Made by a program: the position numbers and the translations under genes
Shown: positions 24,690 through 35,201 of the stretch, one piece after another
Layout: each line of letters begins with the position of its first letter
Numbering within the stretch: position 1 is the first letter of the stretch
Origin: a virus
Taxonomy: Duplodnaviria; Caudoviricetes
Virus record (IMG/VR): IMGVR_UViG_3300017748_000009
Coordinates: 1-57,294 of that record
Direction: 5' to 3' (one strand)
Length of the DNA stretch: 57,294 nt
Notes under the pieces: model-generated
The model's database searches: none
Seen by the model: the letters and a program-made list of their open reading frames with translations, nothing else
Told to the model about the DNA's origin: nothing

Positions 24690-25436
24690 ATGAAAAACAA
24701 AAAAGAAATTAAAGACAGAGCCTATAGGCTCACACGAGGTAAAGCTCCACTAAGTTTTATGCTTCCCTCAAAAAGTACAAAACGTAAACCACTCCTTTGG
24801 TTTGACGAAGAAAACGGTTTAAACCGTGAATTAAGATACGCAACTAATCAACAAAGTCCTTTTAAAGAAGAGCAAGATGGCAATGCTATTGTTACTCCTA
24901 TTGTGTTTGAAATGGGCTTATTAAATGTTCCTAAAAGAAATCAGGCACTACAAAGTTTCTTGTCTTATCACCCATTAAATGGTAATAAGTTTGAAGAAGT
25001 AGATTTAGCTAAAGATGCTGCAAAAGTTGTAGAAGACTTAAATGTAGAAGTTGATGCTTTAATCGCAGCTAAAGAATTATCTATTGAGCAAATGGAAATG
25101 ATAGGTAAAGTAATACTACATGGTGATGTATCTAAAATGTCTACTGCAGAATTAAAAAGGGATATGTTAATGTTCGCTAAGAATTATCCACAAGATTTTT
25201 TGAATTCGATTAGCGACCCATCAATTCAACTACACTCAACTATTCAAACCTTTTTTGACGAAAAGTTTTTAATATTTAAAAATCAAAAAAAGGATGTATA
25301 CTTTAATCTACCTTCAAATAAGAAAAGATTGATAACCATTCCGTTTGGTGAAGACCCAATATATGTTTTGTCATCATACTTTAAAACTGATGAAGGTATT
25401 GACAGGTTAGAATACTTGGAAAAAAAGCTTGTCTAG
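24690..25436 (+). CDS. Hypothetical protein downstream of the capsid gene
   Basis: 248-aa ORF. Confidence 0.75.
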   Translation: MKNKKEIKDRAYRLTRGKAPLSFMLPSKSTKRKPLLWFDEENGLNRELRYATNQQSPFKEEQDGNAIVTPIVFEMGLLNVPKRNQALQSFLSYHPLNGNKFEEVDLAKDAAKVVEDLNVEVDALIAAKELSIEQMEMIGKVILHGDVSKMSTAELKRDMLMFAKNYPQDFLNSISDPSIQLHSTIQTFFDEKFLIFKNQKKDVYFNLPSNKKRLITIPFGEDPIYVLSSYFKTDEGIDRLEYLEKKLV

Positions 25437-25442
25437 ATTTAT

Positions 25443-25450
25443 TATCTTTG
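25443..25450 (+). promoter_or_regulatory. -7 element TATCTTTG
   Basis: Intergenic TAnnTTTG. Confidence 0.6.
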
Positions 25451-25479
25451 TACTTATTAACTCATAAATTTTTTTTATT

Positions 25480-25755
25480 ATGAACAAGTATGCAAAAATA
25501 ATCAAAGAAGAAGGTTCGGACTTTATATCTCTAAATAATGTTGCCTCTTGCTATATTAATGATGTTGACGAAATAATCGTTGCTTATGAAAATGGTTCGA
25601 CAATCAACATTGCATCAGCGTCTTTTTTAATACAACAGGACTTATCAACTGTATTTGACGTAATTAAAAGTGCTCAAGAAGATAAATGGAGTAAAGTACT
25701 ATATGAAGTACCTCCATTAACTCAGCCTGTAGACGCAGTAACATTTACCTTTTAA
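25480..25755 (+). CDS. Small putative virion protein
   Basis: 91-aa ORF. Confidence 0.7.
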   Translation: MNKYAKIIKEEGSDFISLNNVASCYINDVDEIIVAYENGSTINIASASFLIQQDLSTVFDVIKSAQEDKWSKVLYEVPPLTQPVDAVTFTF

Positions 25756-25767
25756 AACTTAGAAACT

Positions 25768-26013
25768 ATGATGAATAAATTTTTAGAAATTGGAGATTAC
25801 GTTTTTGGTGGAAGTATAATGTATGTTGGTCTAAGTGCAGGAGTTTTAACCCTAAACTATGCGGACAAGAAATTTTCCCTTTCCGGGGGCGGTCAATTTG
25901 TAGCTACCGATAAAGATGCTATTGAAAAAGCTCTTGTAACCGTTTGGGAACAATCGTACACTCGGTCAACCACTAAAGTAAACTTAAGTCAAGCAATAAC
26001 ACTAGTTGAATAA
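25768..26013 (+). CDS. Small putative virion protein, possible paralog of the previous gene
   Basis: 81-aa ORF with a similar MNK start and layout. Confidence 0.7.
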   Translation: MMNKFLEIGDYVFGGSIMYVGLSAGVLTLNYADKKFSLSGGGQFVATDKDAIEKALVTVWEQSYTRSTTKVNLSQAITLVE

Positions 26014-26036
26014 CAATCGTTTTGCTAAAAAACTAT

Positions 26037-26070
26037 AAGAGGGCTAAAAAATTAGTCCTCTTTTTTTTTT
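26037..26070 (+). terminator. Intrinsic terminator
   Basis: AAGAGGGCTAA-AAAA-TTAGTCCTCTT followed by a T run. Confidence 0.85.
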
Positions 26071-26073
26071 GTT

Positions 26074-26081
26074 TATCTTTG
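26074..26081 (+). promoter_or_regulatory. -7 element TATCTTTG
   Basis: Directly after the terminator, before the tail genes. Confidence 0.6.
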
Positions 26082-26097
26082 TATAAAAGATTTATAG

Positions 26098-26835
26098 ATG
26101 ATAAATTCAGTTAGGAATACAGTCTTGTCTATTCTGAATAAAAATAATTATGGTTATGTTTCCCCAACAGATTTTAACTTGTTTGCTAAACAGGCACAAT
26201 TAGATATATTTGAGGATTACTTTTACCAATATAATTATCAGATAAACAAAGAAAACTCAAGACAATCAGGTACAGGTTATGCCGATATTAAAAAAGGTTA
26301 TGAAGAAGTAATAGATACATTTTCTATAACTTCAGATTTAATTCAAGTGACTCCCGGAACACCGGGGGGAAATGCTTTTTTTATGCCTACTGTAGCTACT
26401 ACAGGTTTTGATTATTACCTTATTAACAAAGTATTATGTGGAACTAATTTTAGAGAGGCTGAAAGAGTTCATCAAAACAAAATAACATTATTGTCTCAGT
26501 CATTATTGACTGCGCCTAGTACAATGTACCCGGCTTATTCTCAGCAAGGCGGTGTGATTACTATCTTACCCACAACTTATCAAAATGTAGGAGATATATC
26601 TTGTCAATACATTAGGTATCCTAAAGACCCTGTTTGGACTTATATTACCTTATCGGCAGGAGAGCCTGTGTTTAACCAAACTGCTGCAGACTACCAAGAT
26701 TTTGAGCTACCTCTTGATGATGAGCCTTCTTTAATTATGAAAATATTACAGTATGCAGGGATGTCAATCAGGGAAATAGAAGCTGTTCAATTTGCAACAG
26801 GTCAAGAAAATATGGAAACCCAAAAAGAAAAGTAA
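26098..26835 (+). CDS. Putative head-tail adaptor/tail ring protein
   Basis: NKNNYGY.SP..FN..A.QAQ, YIRYP..P.W and DFELP; position. Confidence 0.65.
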   Translation: MINSVRNTVLSILNKNNYGYVSPTDFNLFAKQAQLDIFEDYFYQYNYQINKENSRQSGTGYADIKKGYEEVIDTFSITSDLIQVTPGTPGGNAFFMPTVATTGFDYYLINKVLCGTNFREAERVHQNKITLLSQSLLTAPSTMYPAYSQQGGVITILPTTYQNVGDISCQYIRYPKDPVWTYITLSAGEPVFNQTAADYQDFELPLDDEPSLIMKILQYAGMSIREIEAVQFATGQENMETQKEK

Positions 26836-26838
26836 AAC

Positions 26839-27762
26839 ATGGCTTATATAACACAATATAAATATTACGAAAATGAAGGCAACTTTCCTGAAGATGCTAA
26901 TTGGGGTTCATACCAATATGTAAGCTTACAGGATGTTGTAACTAATTTTGAGTTAATGTATTCCGGAAATCATTCTCTTGTAAACAACGAAGAAAGATAT
27001 AAAATATTGTTTCACGCAAAAAGAGCAATACAAGAATTAAACTATGATGCTTTTAAAGAAATTAAAGTTTTAGAGTTAGATGTTTGTAAAACATTAAGAT
27101 TTGTATTACCATCCGACTATGTAAATTGGGTCAGAATATCCGTATTTAAAAATGGAATATTATATCCTTTAACAGAAAACATACAAATAAACTATGCTAA
27201 AGCATATTTACAAGATGATAAGTGCAGGATATTATTTGACCAAGATGGAAATATATTAAAACCTGAAAACTCAAATTTAGATTTAGCAAGAATAACAGGA
27301 GGTTTAAAAAGCTTATACCTAAACGATAATAGTATATTCGATGGTGAGCTAGGGTATAACTGCGATGGGTGTTGGTATTTTGATTATGAAATTGGTGCAA
27401 GATTTGGATTAAATACAGAAACTGCAAATGCAAATCCTACTTTTAGAATAGATAAGCAATCCGGGGTAATTAATTTTAGCTCAGGAATGTCCGGACAAAC
27501 CTGTGTTTTAGAGTATGTTTCGGATGGTATGGAAGAAGGAGACAATACTAAAATAACCGTTAACAAATTATTTGAAGAATACATTTATTCATACATTGAA
27601 TTTGCTATATTAAATTCTAAAGTAGGTGTACAAGAATATATTATTAATAGAGCACGAAAAAGAAAAAGTGCCCTGCTAAGAAATTCCAAAATAAGAATAA
27701 GCAATATACATCCGGGTAGACTACTTATGAGTCTTAGAGGAAGAGATAAATGGATAAAATAA
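26839..27762 (+). CDS. Putative tail ring/tubular protein
   Basis: LP.DYVNWVRIS and LEYVSDG; position. Confidence 0.65.
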   Translation: MAYITQYKYYENEGNFPEDANWGSYQYVSLQDVVTNFELMYSGNHSLVNNEERYKILFHAKRAIQELNYDAFKEIKVLELDVCKTLRFVLPSDYVNWVRISVFKNGILYPLTENIQINYAKAYLQDDKCRILFDQDGNILKPENSNLDLARITGGLKSLYLNDNSIFDGELGYNCDGCWYFDYEIGARFGLNTETANANPTFRIDKQSGVINFSSGMSGQTCVLEYVSDGMEEGDNTKITVNKLFEEYIYSYIEFAILNSKVGVQEYIINRARKRKSALLRNSKIRISNIHPGRLLMSLRGRDKWIK

Positions 27763-27763
27763 T

Positions 27764-30700
27764 ATGGCGAATTTAAAAAGAAATTTTGTTGCCGGTAAAA
27801 TGAATAAGAGTCTCGATGAAAGACTTTTACCTAATGGTCAGTACATAGATGCCGTTAATGTGCGTTTGGGGTCTACTGAAGCTTCAGAAATAGGAGCTGT
27901 GGAGTTGTCTAAAGGAAATACTAGACTAACTACTCTTTCTTTTAACAACACAAATATATCTTCTTCAGCTAAGTGTATAGGAGCTTTCGAAAACGGAGAA
28001 AAAGAAACACTATATTGGTTTGTACACGACCCTGCTTTTCCTGTCGGAGCTACAGGTAAATGTGATATGATTGTTTCTTTAGAAACAAGTTCAGACGTAT
28101 TAACTTATCATGTTGTTAGTATTGATGATGGTGGTGGAGTAAATACAACATTAAACTTTGATGATAAACAATTAATAGTAGGAATTAATATTGTTGAGAA
28201 TCTTTTATTTTTTACAGATAATTTTAATCCTCCAAGATTTATAAATGTTTCTCCCGTAGATAGTAATCCATATCCTAACCCTGTATTAAATATAGACCAA
28301 TTTTCAGAAAAAGTTTTTTTAGTAATTAAAGAGCCACCTGCAAATGCTCCAAATATTTCTCCCCTTACATCTAGCAATGCTAATAATTATTTAGAGGACA
28401 GGTTTGTTTGTTTTGCTTATAGATATAGATATGCTGATAATGCATTTTCAGCAACATCTCCATTCTCAAATGCAGCTTTTATTCCGGGACCTTTTGATTT
28501 TAGGTTTGATACATTTTTAAACGGAGGAATGTTAAACACGGCTAATATAGTTCGAATTAATTATAACACCGGAGGTCCTTTAGTTTTAGGTATTGATTTA
28601 CTATTTAAAGATAATAGCACTAATGTTATAAAATTAATAGAGTCTTTTAATAAAGCTGATTTAGGGTTACCTAACAATAGCACACAAACTTACACTTTTA
28701 GTAATAGCAAAGTTTTTCAAGTATTGCCGGACACAGAAATATTTAGAACATTCGACAATGTTCCGTTACAAGCTAAAGCTCAAACTTTAATGGGCAATAG
28801 ATTAATGTACGGTAATTACTTTGATGGAAATGATTTAATTGATAAAAATGGGAGTCCTTTAAAATTAGAATATTTTACAAACAGTATTTCTACACCTGTT
28901 GATAGTGGTGAATTACCTATCACATTAGAAACCGGAACATATAATATAGACCCATCGTTTCAAAACACTCAAATTCCAAACTCTAGAATGAGTTTAGATT
29001 TTACAAATTTAGACTTGGTTCAAGGAGCTTCTTTTACGATAGATGCTGACTTAAACCATTCGACTTTTACAAGTGGTACTTTGTCTGATACTAATGTTAA
29101 TATTTCCATTGATTTTTCCTTTTTGCTCCCGGCAAGTTATCCCGATGCATATACTATGGCGAACTCACAAGAGTTTATAGATGCTATATCAGCAGTAGAA
29201 GCAAACTTTGCTGACTCTTGTAACGGAACTTCAATGACTGACCAATTTAATTGTGATGCACTTCAAACTTTAGATGGCACATACAATAAAACATCAAGCG
29301 GTACGGTAGCCTTGAATCAAGGGTTTTTAATTATAACATCTCAAGCCACTCCTAATATTGTAAAAATACAAATTAATGCTCTACAGTATACTGAAACAGG
29401 ACCACCGGTAGATGAGGTATATGAATACCAAACTATTTCCATAGTTACAGGAGATTATACTAAAATAGCAAATGCAACTAGTTTACATAGTAATAGAGGT
29501 TACGAGGTGGGTATGATATATTTAGATGAGTTTTCTAGAGCATCAACTGCTTTAGTAAGTGAAAACAACACCGAACACTTTTCTTGTGGTAGTGCAACAA
29601 ATCAAAATAAAATACAAGTACAAATACCTCCATCACAAACCCCACCTGCTTGGGCAAGATATTATAAGTTTTGCATAAAACCTGATAAAGAAAACTATGA
29701 TATTATTTATACTAATTTATTTTTTGAAGATACAACTTTAGGGTCAACTTGGTTTTTATTAGAAGGAGAAAACAGTAGAAAAATAGAAGAAGGAGATGAG
29801 CTTATAGTAAAGGCTGACACAAATGGACCAATGAATTCCTGTACTAGAGTAACGGTTTTAGCAAAAGAAGCTAAAGGCAGAAACTTTATTCAACCTCCCC
29901 CGGTAGACGAAGCAGGGGAGCCTATAGGGGGTACTGATAGTGATGGAAATGAATTACCGGGAGTACCTGCAGGAACATATATGAGGTTAAGGACTAATCA
30001 GTTTACAACCGCTGCAGGAGATAACCCAATTAGTCAAGCCGAAGGTGCAGGGGATGCAAAGGGGAGAGGAGCAAATGATTGTAGAGCAATAAGGATGGAG
30101 GTCGGAAGTGTATCGAATCCTGCTACTCCTACAACACCATACGACCCCTTAGACCCTGCAACGTATGATAAAGTAGATTTAGATATACCGGCAGGTTCAA
30201 CATTAAGTGTAAAAATTAATAACTTAAGAAGAGGGGGAAGCGGTAATTCTTGTGAATTAAGGGAATTAATAACAGAAGCGAGTGTAACAGCATCGGAAGA
30301 TTACGCCAATATTTATGATTTCTTTATTGCACAAAACATATATGGTGCATTGGTTTCTGCCACAATAAATAGAACTGATAGTGGAGATTCACCTCCGGAG
30401 TTAGATTTTCCTAACCAATCTTTACAAACGAGTAACGCAAGTATTCCTTGTAATGGTAATGTATCTATTGCATGGGAAAGAGAAGGACAGACTACAGGTA
30501 AAAAGGGGCAACTTGTATTTTTTGCGAAATCAAGTTATTCCTGTGGAAGTAATAATAATAGAAAAACTAGAATTGTTGCATCAATTACATTAATTCGTAG
30601 AAATACTTTAATAGTATTTGAATCGGTCCCCCAAGATGCTTCACCGGACTTATGGTATCAAAGCGCAGAAACCTTTAATATTATTACAAATGATAACACC

Positions 30701-33370
30701 TGTAATTTTACAGTAAGTGTAGCTTCTGCTGAACCAAGTTCTATTGACTTTGATTACCTTGACCAAAACAATCAAAGTGCAACCATTACGGTGTCACCGG
30801 GTCAAACACAAACAAATGTTGTAGGTGTATGTGGAAGTATGGTAACAAGCTCCCAAACTCCTCCGGTTTCCTCCTCAAACATAACTATAAGCAGCCTAAC
30901 TTTAACAGCAGGAACTCATAGTGGTAATGTTCAAAATCAAACCGCAACTGAAGATGCAATTATTAATACTGATTTTTTTAATTGCTATACGTTTGGAAAC
31001 GGAGTTGAAAGTAGCAAGATAAGAGACTCAATAGTTGGAAAACCTTTAGAGCTAGGAAATAGAACAACTAGTACAAGTGAAAAAGAATTTGAAAAAGCAC
31101 ACAGGTTTTCTGATATAACATATAGTGGGGTATACAATGGGGAAAATAATGTTAATAAACTAAATGAATTTAATTTAGGTCTACTTAATTTTAAAACTCT
31201 TGAAGATGAATATGGTCCAATAACCTTAATGGATGGAAGGGCTACAGATATTCTTGTTTTACAAGAAGATAAAATTTCATATGTCCTTACAGGTAAAAAT
31301 TTATTAAGCGATTCTACAGGAGGTGGTGCAGTAACTTCTGTCCCACAGGTACTTGGTACTCAAATAGCAAGAATTGAAAATTATGGAAATAGTAATAATC
31401 CTGAAAGCTTTGCTAAATGGGGACCTGACAAATTTTTTACAGATGCTAAAAGAGGGGCTGTACTTCAATTAAAAGGAAGTTCCGCACAGAACGAATCTCT
31501 TCAGGTAATATCAAATTCAGGTATGCGTTCTTATTTTAGAGATTTATTTATTAGTGGATTTAATACTTTTAAGTTTGGGGGATATGACCCCTACATGGAT
31601 GAGTATGTATTATCTAATACACCTATTGAAGTACCGGTTCCTGAGACACAAATACCCTGTGGTCTTACAAGAAGTTTTAATTTTTGCAAAGGGACAGATG
31701 AAGATTTTTTGTATGATTTAGGTGCAGACGTAGGGAATGTGGAGGTAAACTTTACAGTAGAGGGGATGGTTCCACTACAAACATTTGAAATTACTGCTAC
31801 ATACCCTGACCCTAATGGAGCTGTAGTATTCTATCAAGTTATTTCAGCAAATGGCTCTTATGCAATTACTTTTGATAAAAATCTTGTAAATGAAAGCTTA
31901 GTAAGGGTTCTTTTTCAAAATCTCACTTCCGATGGAAATACTCTTTGTATAAACATTAACCTTACAGTTTTTTGCCCTAATGCGGTTCAAATGAATATTA
32001 TACAAGTGGCATTAACCTCTAACAATGAATCAGGGAAGTTTATACATGATGAATACAGATGGAATGATACCACGTTTTTAAGTTCCTTACAATCAGAGCA
32101 AATAGAATTTCAATCCGGACAAGGGCTCATTGTGTCTCAATTTACTCAAATAAGTGGAGCACAGGGTGGAAATATAGCACCTGCTGATGGAGCAATTGTA
32201 AGTATTATTTCTAATAAAATTACATCATCCGGTGATGATTTTGATTTTAGTATAAATAACAATGAGTTTAGATTTTTAAGAACTAGCACTACATATCTTA
32301 ATACTCCAACAAGCATTGCAAGTTTATTATCAGCTTCAACTCAAACCGCCAATGTAACAGGACAAGGGAATCAGTTTTCGGGAACATTTACTATGCCGAC
32401 TAGTTCTGACTCTAATTTGTATTTAATATATGATTATAGAAAATCAACACAAGCAGAGCTGTGTTTTTCTAGTACCGATGAAATCGACGCCTGTTGTGGA
32501 TGTTCTTCAGGAACTACACCTTCAAATAGAAATGCAACTTTATGTAGGTCATATGAATCAGGTGTTATAACAAATACTTCAGGTAGTCCGGACAATGTAG
32601 TTATAGCTGTTGCTGCAGGAGTTACAAACGGAACATTCGTTACATTAAATGGAGTTGACTCTGATTGTGAATACTTAGTGGGTGGAGAAACTTCTGCGTC
32701 CCCTACTCATACAGTAAATAATATTATTGTAAGTCAAACATCATGTAGTGAAAGCTCAGGTTCATATTTAATAACGGCAGGACAAGTTGGCGGTAGTATT
32801 ACTTTTACCACAGCTCTTGGAGTAACTCAAACCCAATTTCTTGAATCAAATTTTCCACCTTTTACATTATGTGTTACCGATATAGTAACAGATGGAAATC
32901 CAAATTCAACTATTTCTATAGAATTTACCGATTGCGGTTGTGCGAGTAATAATCTTGAACTAAAAAGGTGTGATTTATTAGAGTCTGCAGGAGACCCCCC
33001 ACAAATTGAAGTAATGGCAAATGACGGAACTATAATACCCGGAGAATTTGTAGACGGAACAGGTACTGAATCAGGGTGCTTGTATAGAGTTATTGCATTC
33101 ACCACAAATGCTATAACAATGACAGGGACTAAAAGCACACAAAGTTCTTGCACAAATCAATGTAATACATATATTCTAATTAATAGTGGCGGTAATAAAG
33201 CTGTAAATCAATCATATATAGATTGTAATGGTAATTCAGATTTTGTAAGTTTAGCCCCCGGTGCAAGTGCTACTAGGTGTATAAAAAATGTAGGTTTTAA
33301 TTTAGCAAGTGGAATCTCTTTAAACTTTTTAAACTGTGGATGTGCAGCACCACAAATTATAATTAAATAA
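27764..33370 (+). CDS. Tail nozzle/stabilisation-like protein with Cys-rich C-terminal extension
   Basis: F..GKMN..LDERL.P.G.Y.DA.N, LFFTD..NPPR, QEDKIS and FFTDAKRG.V beta-propeller motifs. Confidence 0.75.
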   Translation: MANLKRNFVAGKMNKSLDERLLPNGQYIDAVNVRLGSTEASEIGAVELSKGNTRLTTLSFNNTNISSSAKCIGAFENGEKETLYWFVHDPAFPVGATGKCDMIVSLETSSDVLTYHVVSIDDGGGVNTTLNFDDKQLIVGINIVENLLFFTDNFNPPRFINVSPVDSNPYPNPVLNIDQFSEKVFLVIKEPPANAPNISPLTSSNANNYLEDRFVCFAYRYRYADNAFSATSPFSNAAFIPGPFDFRFDTFLNGGMLNTANIVRINYNTGGPLVLGIDLLFKDNSTNVIKLIESFNKADLGLPNNSTQTYTFSNSKVFQVLPDTEIFRTFDNVPLQAKAQTLMGNRLMYGNYFDGNDLIDKNGSPLKLEYFTNSISTPVDSGELPITLETGTYNIDPSFQNTQIPNSRMSLDFTNLDLVQGASFTIDADLNHSTFTSGTLSDTNVNISIDFSFLLPASYPDAYTMANSQEFIDAISAVEANFADSCNGTSMTDQFNCDALQTLDGTYNKTSSGTVALNQGFLIITSQATPNIVKIQINALQYTETGPPVDEVYEYQTISIVTGDYTKIANATSLHSNRGYEVGMIYLDEFSRASTALVSENNTEHFSCGSATNQNKIQVQIPPSQTPPAWARYYKFCIKPDKENYDIIYTNLFFEDTTLGSTWFLLEGENSRKIEEGDELIVKADTNGPMNSCTRVTVLAKEAKGRNFIQPPPVDEAGEPIGGTDSDGNELPGVPAGTYMRLRTNQFTTAAGDNPISQAEGAGDAKGRGANDCRAIRMEVGSVSNPATPTTPYDPLDPATYDKVDLDIPAGSTLSVKINNLRRGGSGNSCELRELITEASVTASEDYANIYDFFIAQNIYGALVSATINRTDSGDSPPELDFPNQSLQTSNASIPCNGNVSIAWEREGQTTGKKGQLVFFAKSSYSCGSNNNRKTRIVASITLIRRNTLIVFESVPQDASPDLWYQSAETFNIITNDNTCNFTVSVASAEPSSIDFDYLDQNNQSATITVSPGQTQTNVVGVCGSMVTSSQTPPVSSSNITISSLTLTAGTHSGNVQNQTATEDAIINTDFFNCYTFGNGVESSKIRDSIVGKPLELGNRTTSTSEKEFEKAHRFSDITYSGVYNGENNVNKLNEFNLGLLNFKTLEDEYGPITLMDGRATDILVLQEDKISYVLTGKNLLSDSTGGGAVTSVPQVLGTQIARIENYGNSNNPESFAKWGPDKFFTDAKRGAVLQLKGSSAQNESLQVISNSGMRSYFRDLFISGFNTFKFGGYDPYMDEYVLSNTPIEVPVPETQIPCGLTRSFNFCKGTDEDFLYDLGADVGNVEVNFTVEGMVPLQTFEITATYPDPNGAVVFYQVISANGSYAITFDKNLVNESLVRVLFQNLTSDGNTLCININLTVFCPNAVQMNIIQVALTSNNESGKFIHDEYRWNDTTFLSSLQSEQIEFQSGQGLIVSQFTQISGAQGGNIAPADGAIVSIISNKITSSGDDFDFSINNNEFRFLRTSTTYLNTPTSIASLLSASTQTANVTGQGNQFSGTFTMPTSSDSNLYLIYDYRKSTQAELCFSSTDEIDACCGCSSGTTPSNRNATLCRSYESGVITNTSGSPDNVVIAVAAGVTNGTFVTLNGVDSDCEYLVGGETSASPTHTVNNIIVSQTSCSESSGSYLITAGQVGGSITFTTALGVTQTQFLESNFPPFTLCVTDIVTDGNPNSTISIEFTDCGCASNNLELKRCDLLESAGDPPQIEVMANDGTIIPGEFVDGTGTESGCLYRVIAFTTNAITMTGTKSTQSSCTNQCNTYILINSGGNKAVNQSYIDCNGNSDFVSLAPGASATRCIKNVGFNLASGISLNFLNCGCAAPQIIIK

Positions 33371-33375
33371 AAATT

Positions 33376-34311
33376 ATGGCACAATTAAATCAATATTATT
33401 TAGACGGAACAACATTGCTTACTAGCACATCAGTTTTTGATGACGCTGCTTTGACTGTTGTGGCTACAGATGGGTGGTATTCAGACTCTACCAATTTTAG
33501 ACAACTTATAAATGGTATTCTTGGTCCTGTAGTAGATTGTCCGTCCTGTCAAACCAACTGTGGAACTGTGCTTTCCTTAAGTGGGAGCAATGGTTTGTAT
33601 CAATTAGACTATAATCTAGGAACAGATTTAGGTGCTATAATTGTGTATTTTAATCCACAAAGTGTAGTTGATGGAATACAAGCTAAGTTAGGCAGTAAAA
33701 TAGTCAACAAAGCCACAAGCCCACAATTTGGTTTTGTTGGTAGCGGTAGTAGGTATAATTTCCTTGGAGACCAAAGTTCTACAGGAGCAGCAGATATAGG
33801 TCCAACATTAGATTTAGGGGGGTACTCTAATCAAGATTTTTACTTAGCAAATTCTTCAGGTAATTTTCCTGCCACCCCCACAAACCAAAACGGAACTGTT
33901 AATGGTACAAGTGCCGATGTAAATACAACTGCAGGACCACCTAACTATTGTACTTTAGTAATTCCTCGTACCGATTATACTGACTCAAGTATAACTTTAT
34001 TAATATTTGGTCCTCCCGGAACAACTACAGGTTGGAATTTAGAGGTGGAATGCCCTGTTCTTTTAACATCAACTCCTTCCGGTAATAAGGATGTAAACTG
34101 CGAACAAACCACTACATTTCCTAATTTAATATATGTTGCGCCTAACTATAATGGAACGGCAGGGGAACCTGCTTTACATGAGTTTGCTTTTAGAGATGCG
34201 AGTGGTGTTACCCAACAAGGAGCAGGTAATTATGTAATAAATCCACCATCGGGGAAGAAACAGATAGCAGTATCTGTTAACGGAGTAATAACTAGTGTAA
34301 CACCTTGCTAA
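33376..34311 (+). CDS. Putative virion structural protein
   Basis: T/G/N-rich with DGWYSD and CPSC motifs. Confidence 0.7.
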   Translation: MAQLNQYYLDGTTLLTSTSVFDDAALTVVATDGWYSDSTNFRQLINGILGPVVDCPSCQTNCGTVLSLSGSNGLYQLDYNLGTDLGAIIVYFNPQSVVDGIQAKLGSKIVNKATSPQFGFVGSGSRYNFLGDQSSTGAADIGPTLDLGGYSNQDFYLANSSGNFPATPTNQNGTVNGTSADVNTTAGPPNYCTLVIPRTDYTDSSITLLIFGPPGTTTGWNLEVECPVLLTSTPSGNKDVNCEQTTTFPNLIYVAPNYNGTAGEPALHEFAFRDASGVTQQGAGNYVINPPSGKKQIAVSVNGVITSVTPC

Positions 34312-34312
34312 T

Positions 34313-35179
34313 ATGATACCAATAACTGAACAATATAAAAGAACTTTAACTTATAGCGAATCATCTAAAGGATTCCCTTCTTTTTATTCTTTTAATCCTG
34401 AATGGATAATAGGAATGAATCAGTTTTTATATACGTTTCAAGGCGGTAATGTCTTTAGACATAATACAAATGACACGAGAAACAACTACTATGGTCAACA
34501 ATTCCCTGCAAGAATTACTAGTGTGTTTAATGAACAACCTTTAGAGAATAAGATATTTAAAACTTTAAACTTAGAGAGTGATGAAGCTTGGTCTGCTACT
34601 TTTACTTCAGATATTCAATTGTTTGGTGAAATAGCCTCTACTTATTTTGAACAGAAAGAAGGAGCATGGTTTGCATTCTTAAGAAGTAATAGTCCTACAG
34701 GTGGTGTTGGAAATACCGTGGCAGAAATACCAAGTGGGGCTAACTTAAACATGAGAAGTGTTAATGGTATAGGCACTTGTACTTCGTTTAACTTTTCTAC
34801 ACCTACTGCAGTTTTAATAGGTTTTGATATAAATGTACATATAGGTAGCTTATATAATTTAGGAGATTTTGTTTATTATGTAAACCCACAGACAGGAAGT
34901 GAGCCTCAATTTGTAGGAACTCTTGTTGATAAGAATATAGATTTTACAGCTCAAACAAATACAATAACAATAAATTCTACAAATACAGGTACATATCCTG
35001 CGCCTCAACCAACTTTTATTAATATACCGGTAGAAGGTTATTTCTTTACTTTAAAAAACCCTATAGCTGAATCTCATGGGATATTAGGTCACTATGGAAT
35101 ATTCGAGCTTACTTTAGAATCTACTCAGGCTTCTGAATTATTTGTGGTAGAAAGTGAAACAATGAAATCTTTTCCGTAA
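34313..35179 (+). CDS. Separated C-terminal part of the nozzle/stabilisation protein
   Basis: TLTYSE...GFPSFYSF.PE, KIFKTLNLES and KEG.WFA motifs. Confidence 0.6.
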   Translation: MIPITEQYKRTLTYSESSKGFPSFYSFNPEWIIGMNQFLYTFQGGNVFRHNTNDTRNNYYGQQFPARITSVFNEQPLENKIFKTLNLESDEAWSATFTSDIQLFGEIASTYFEQKEGAWFAFLRSNSPTGGVGNTVAEIPSGANLNMRSVNGIGTCTSFNFSTPTAVLIGFDINVHIGSLYNLGDFVYYVNPQTGSEPQFVGTLVDKNIDFTAQTNTITINSTNTGTYPAPQPTFINIPVEGYFFTLKNPIAESHGILGHYGIFELTLESTQASELFVVESETMKSFP

Positions 35180-35185
35180 TTTTAG

Positions 35186-35193
35186 TATCTTTG
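35186..35193 (+). promoter_or_regulatory. -7 element TATCTTTG
   Basis: Intergenic TAnnTTTG. Confidence 0.55.
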
Positions 35194-35201
35194 TAAATAA
35201 T

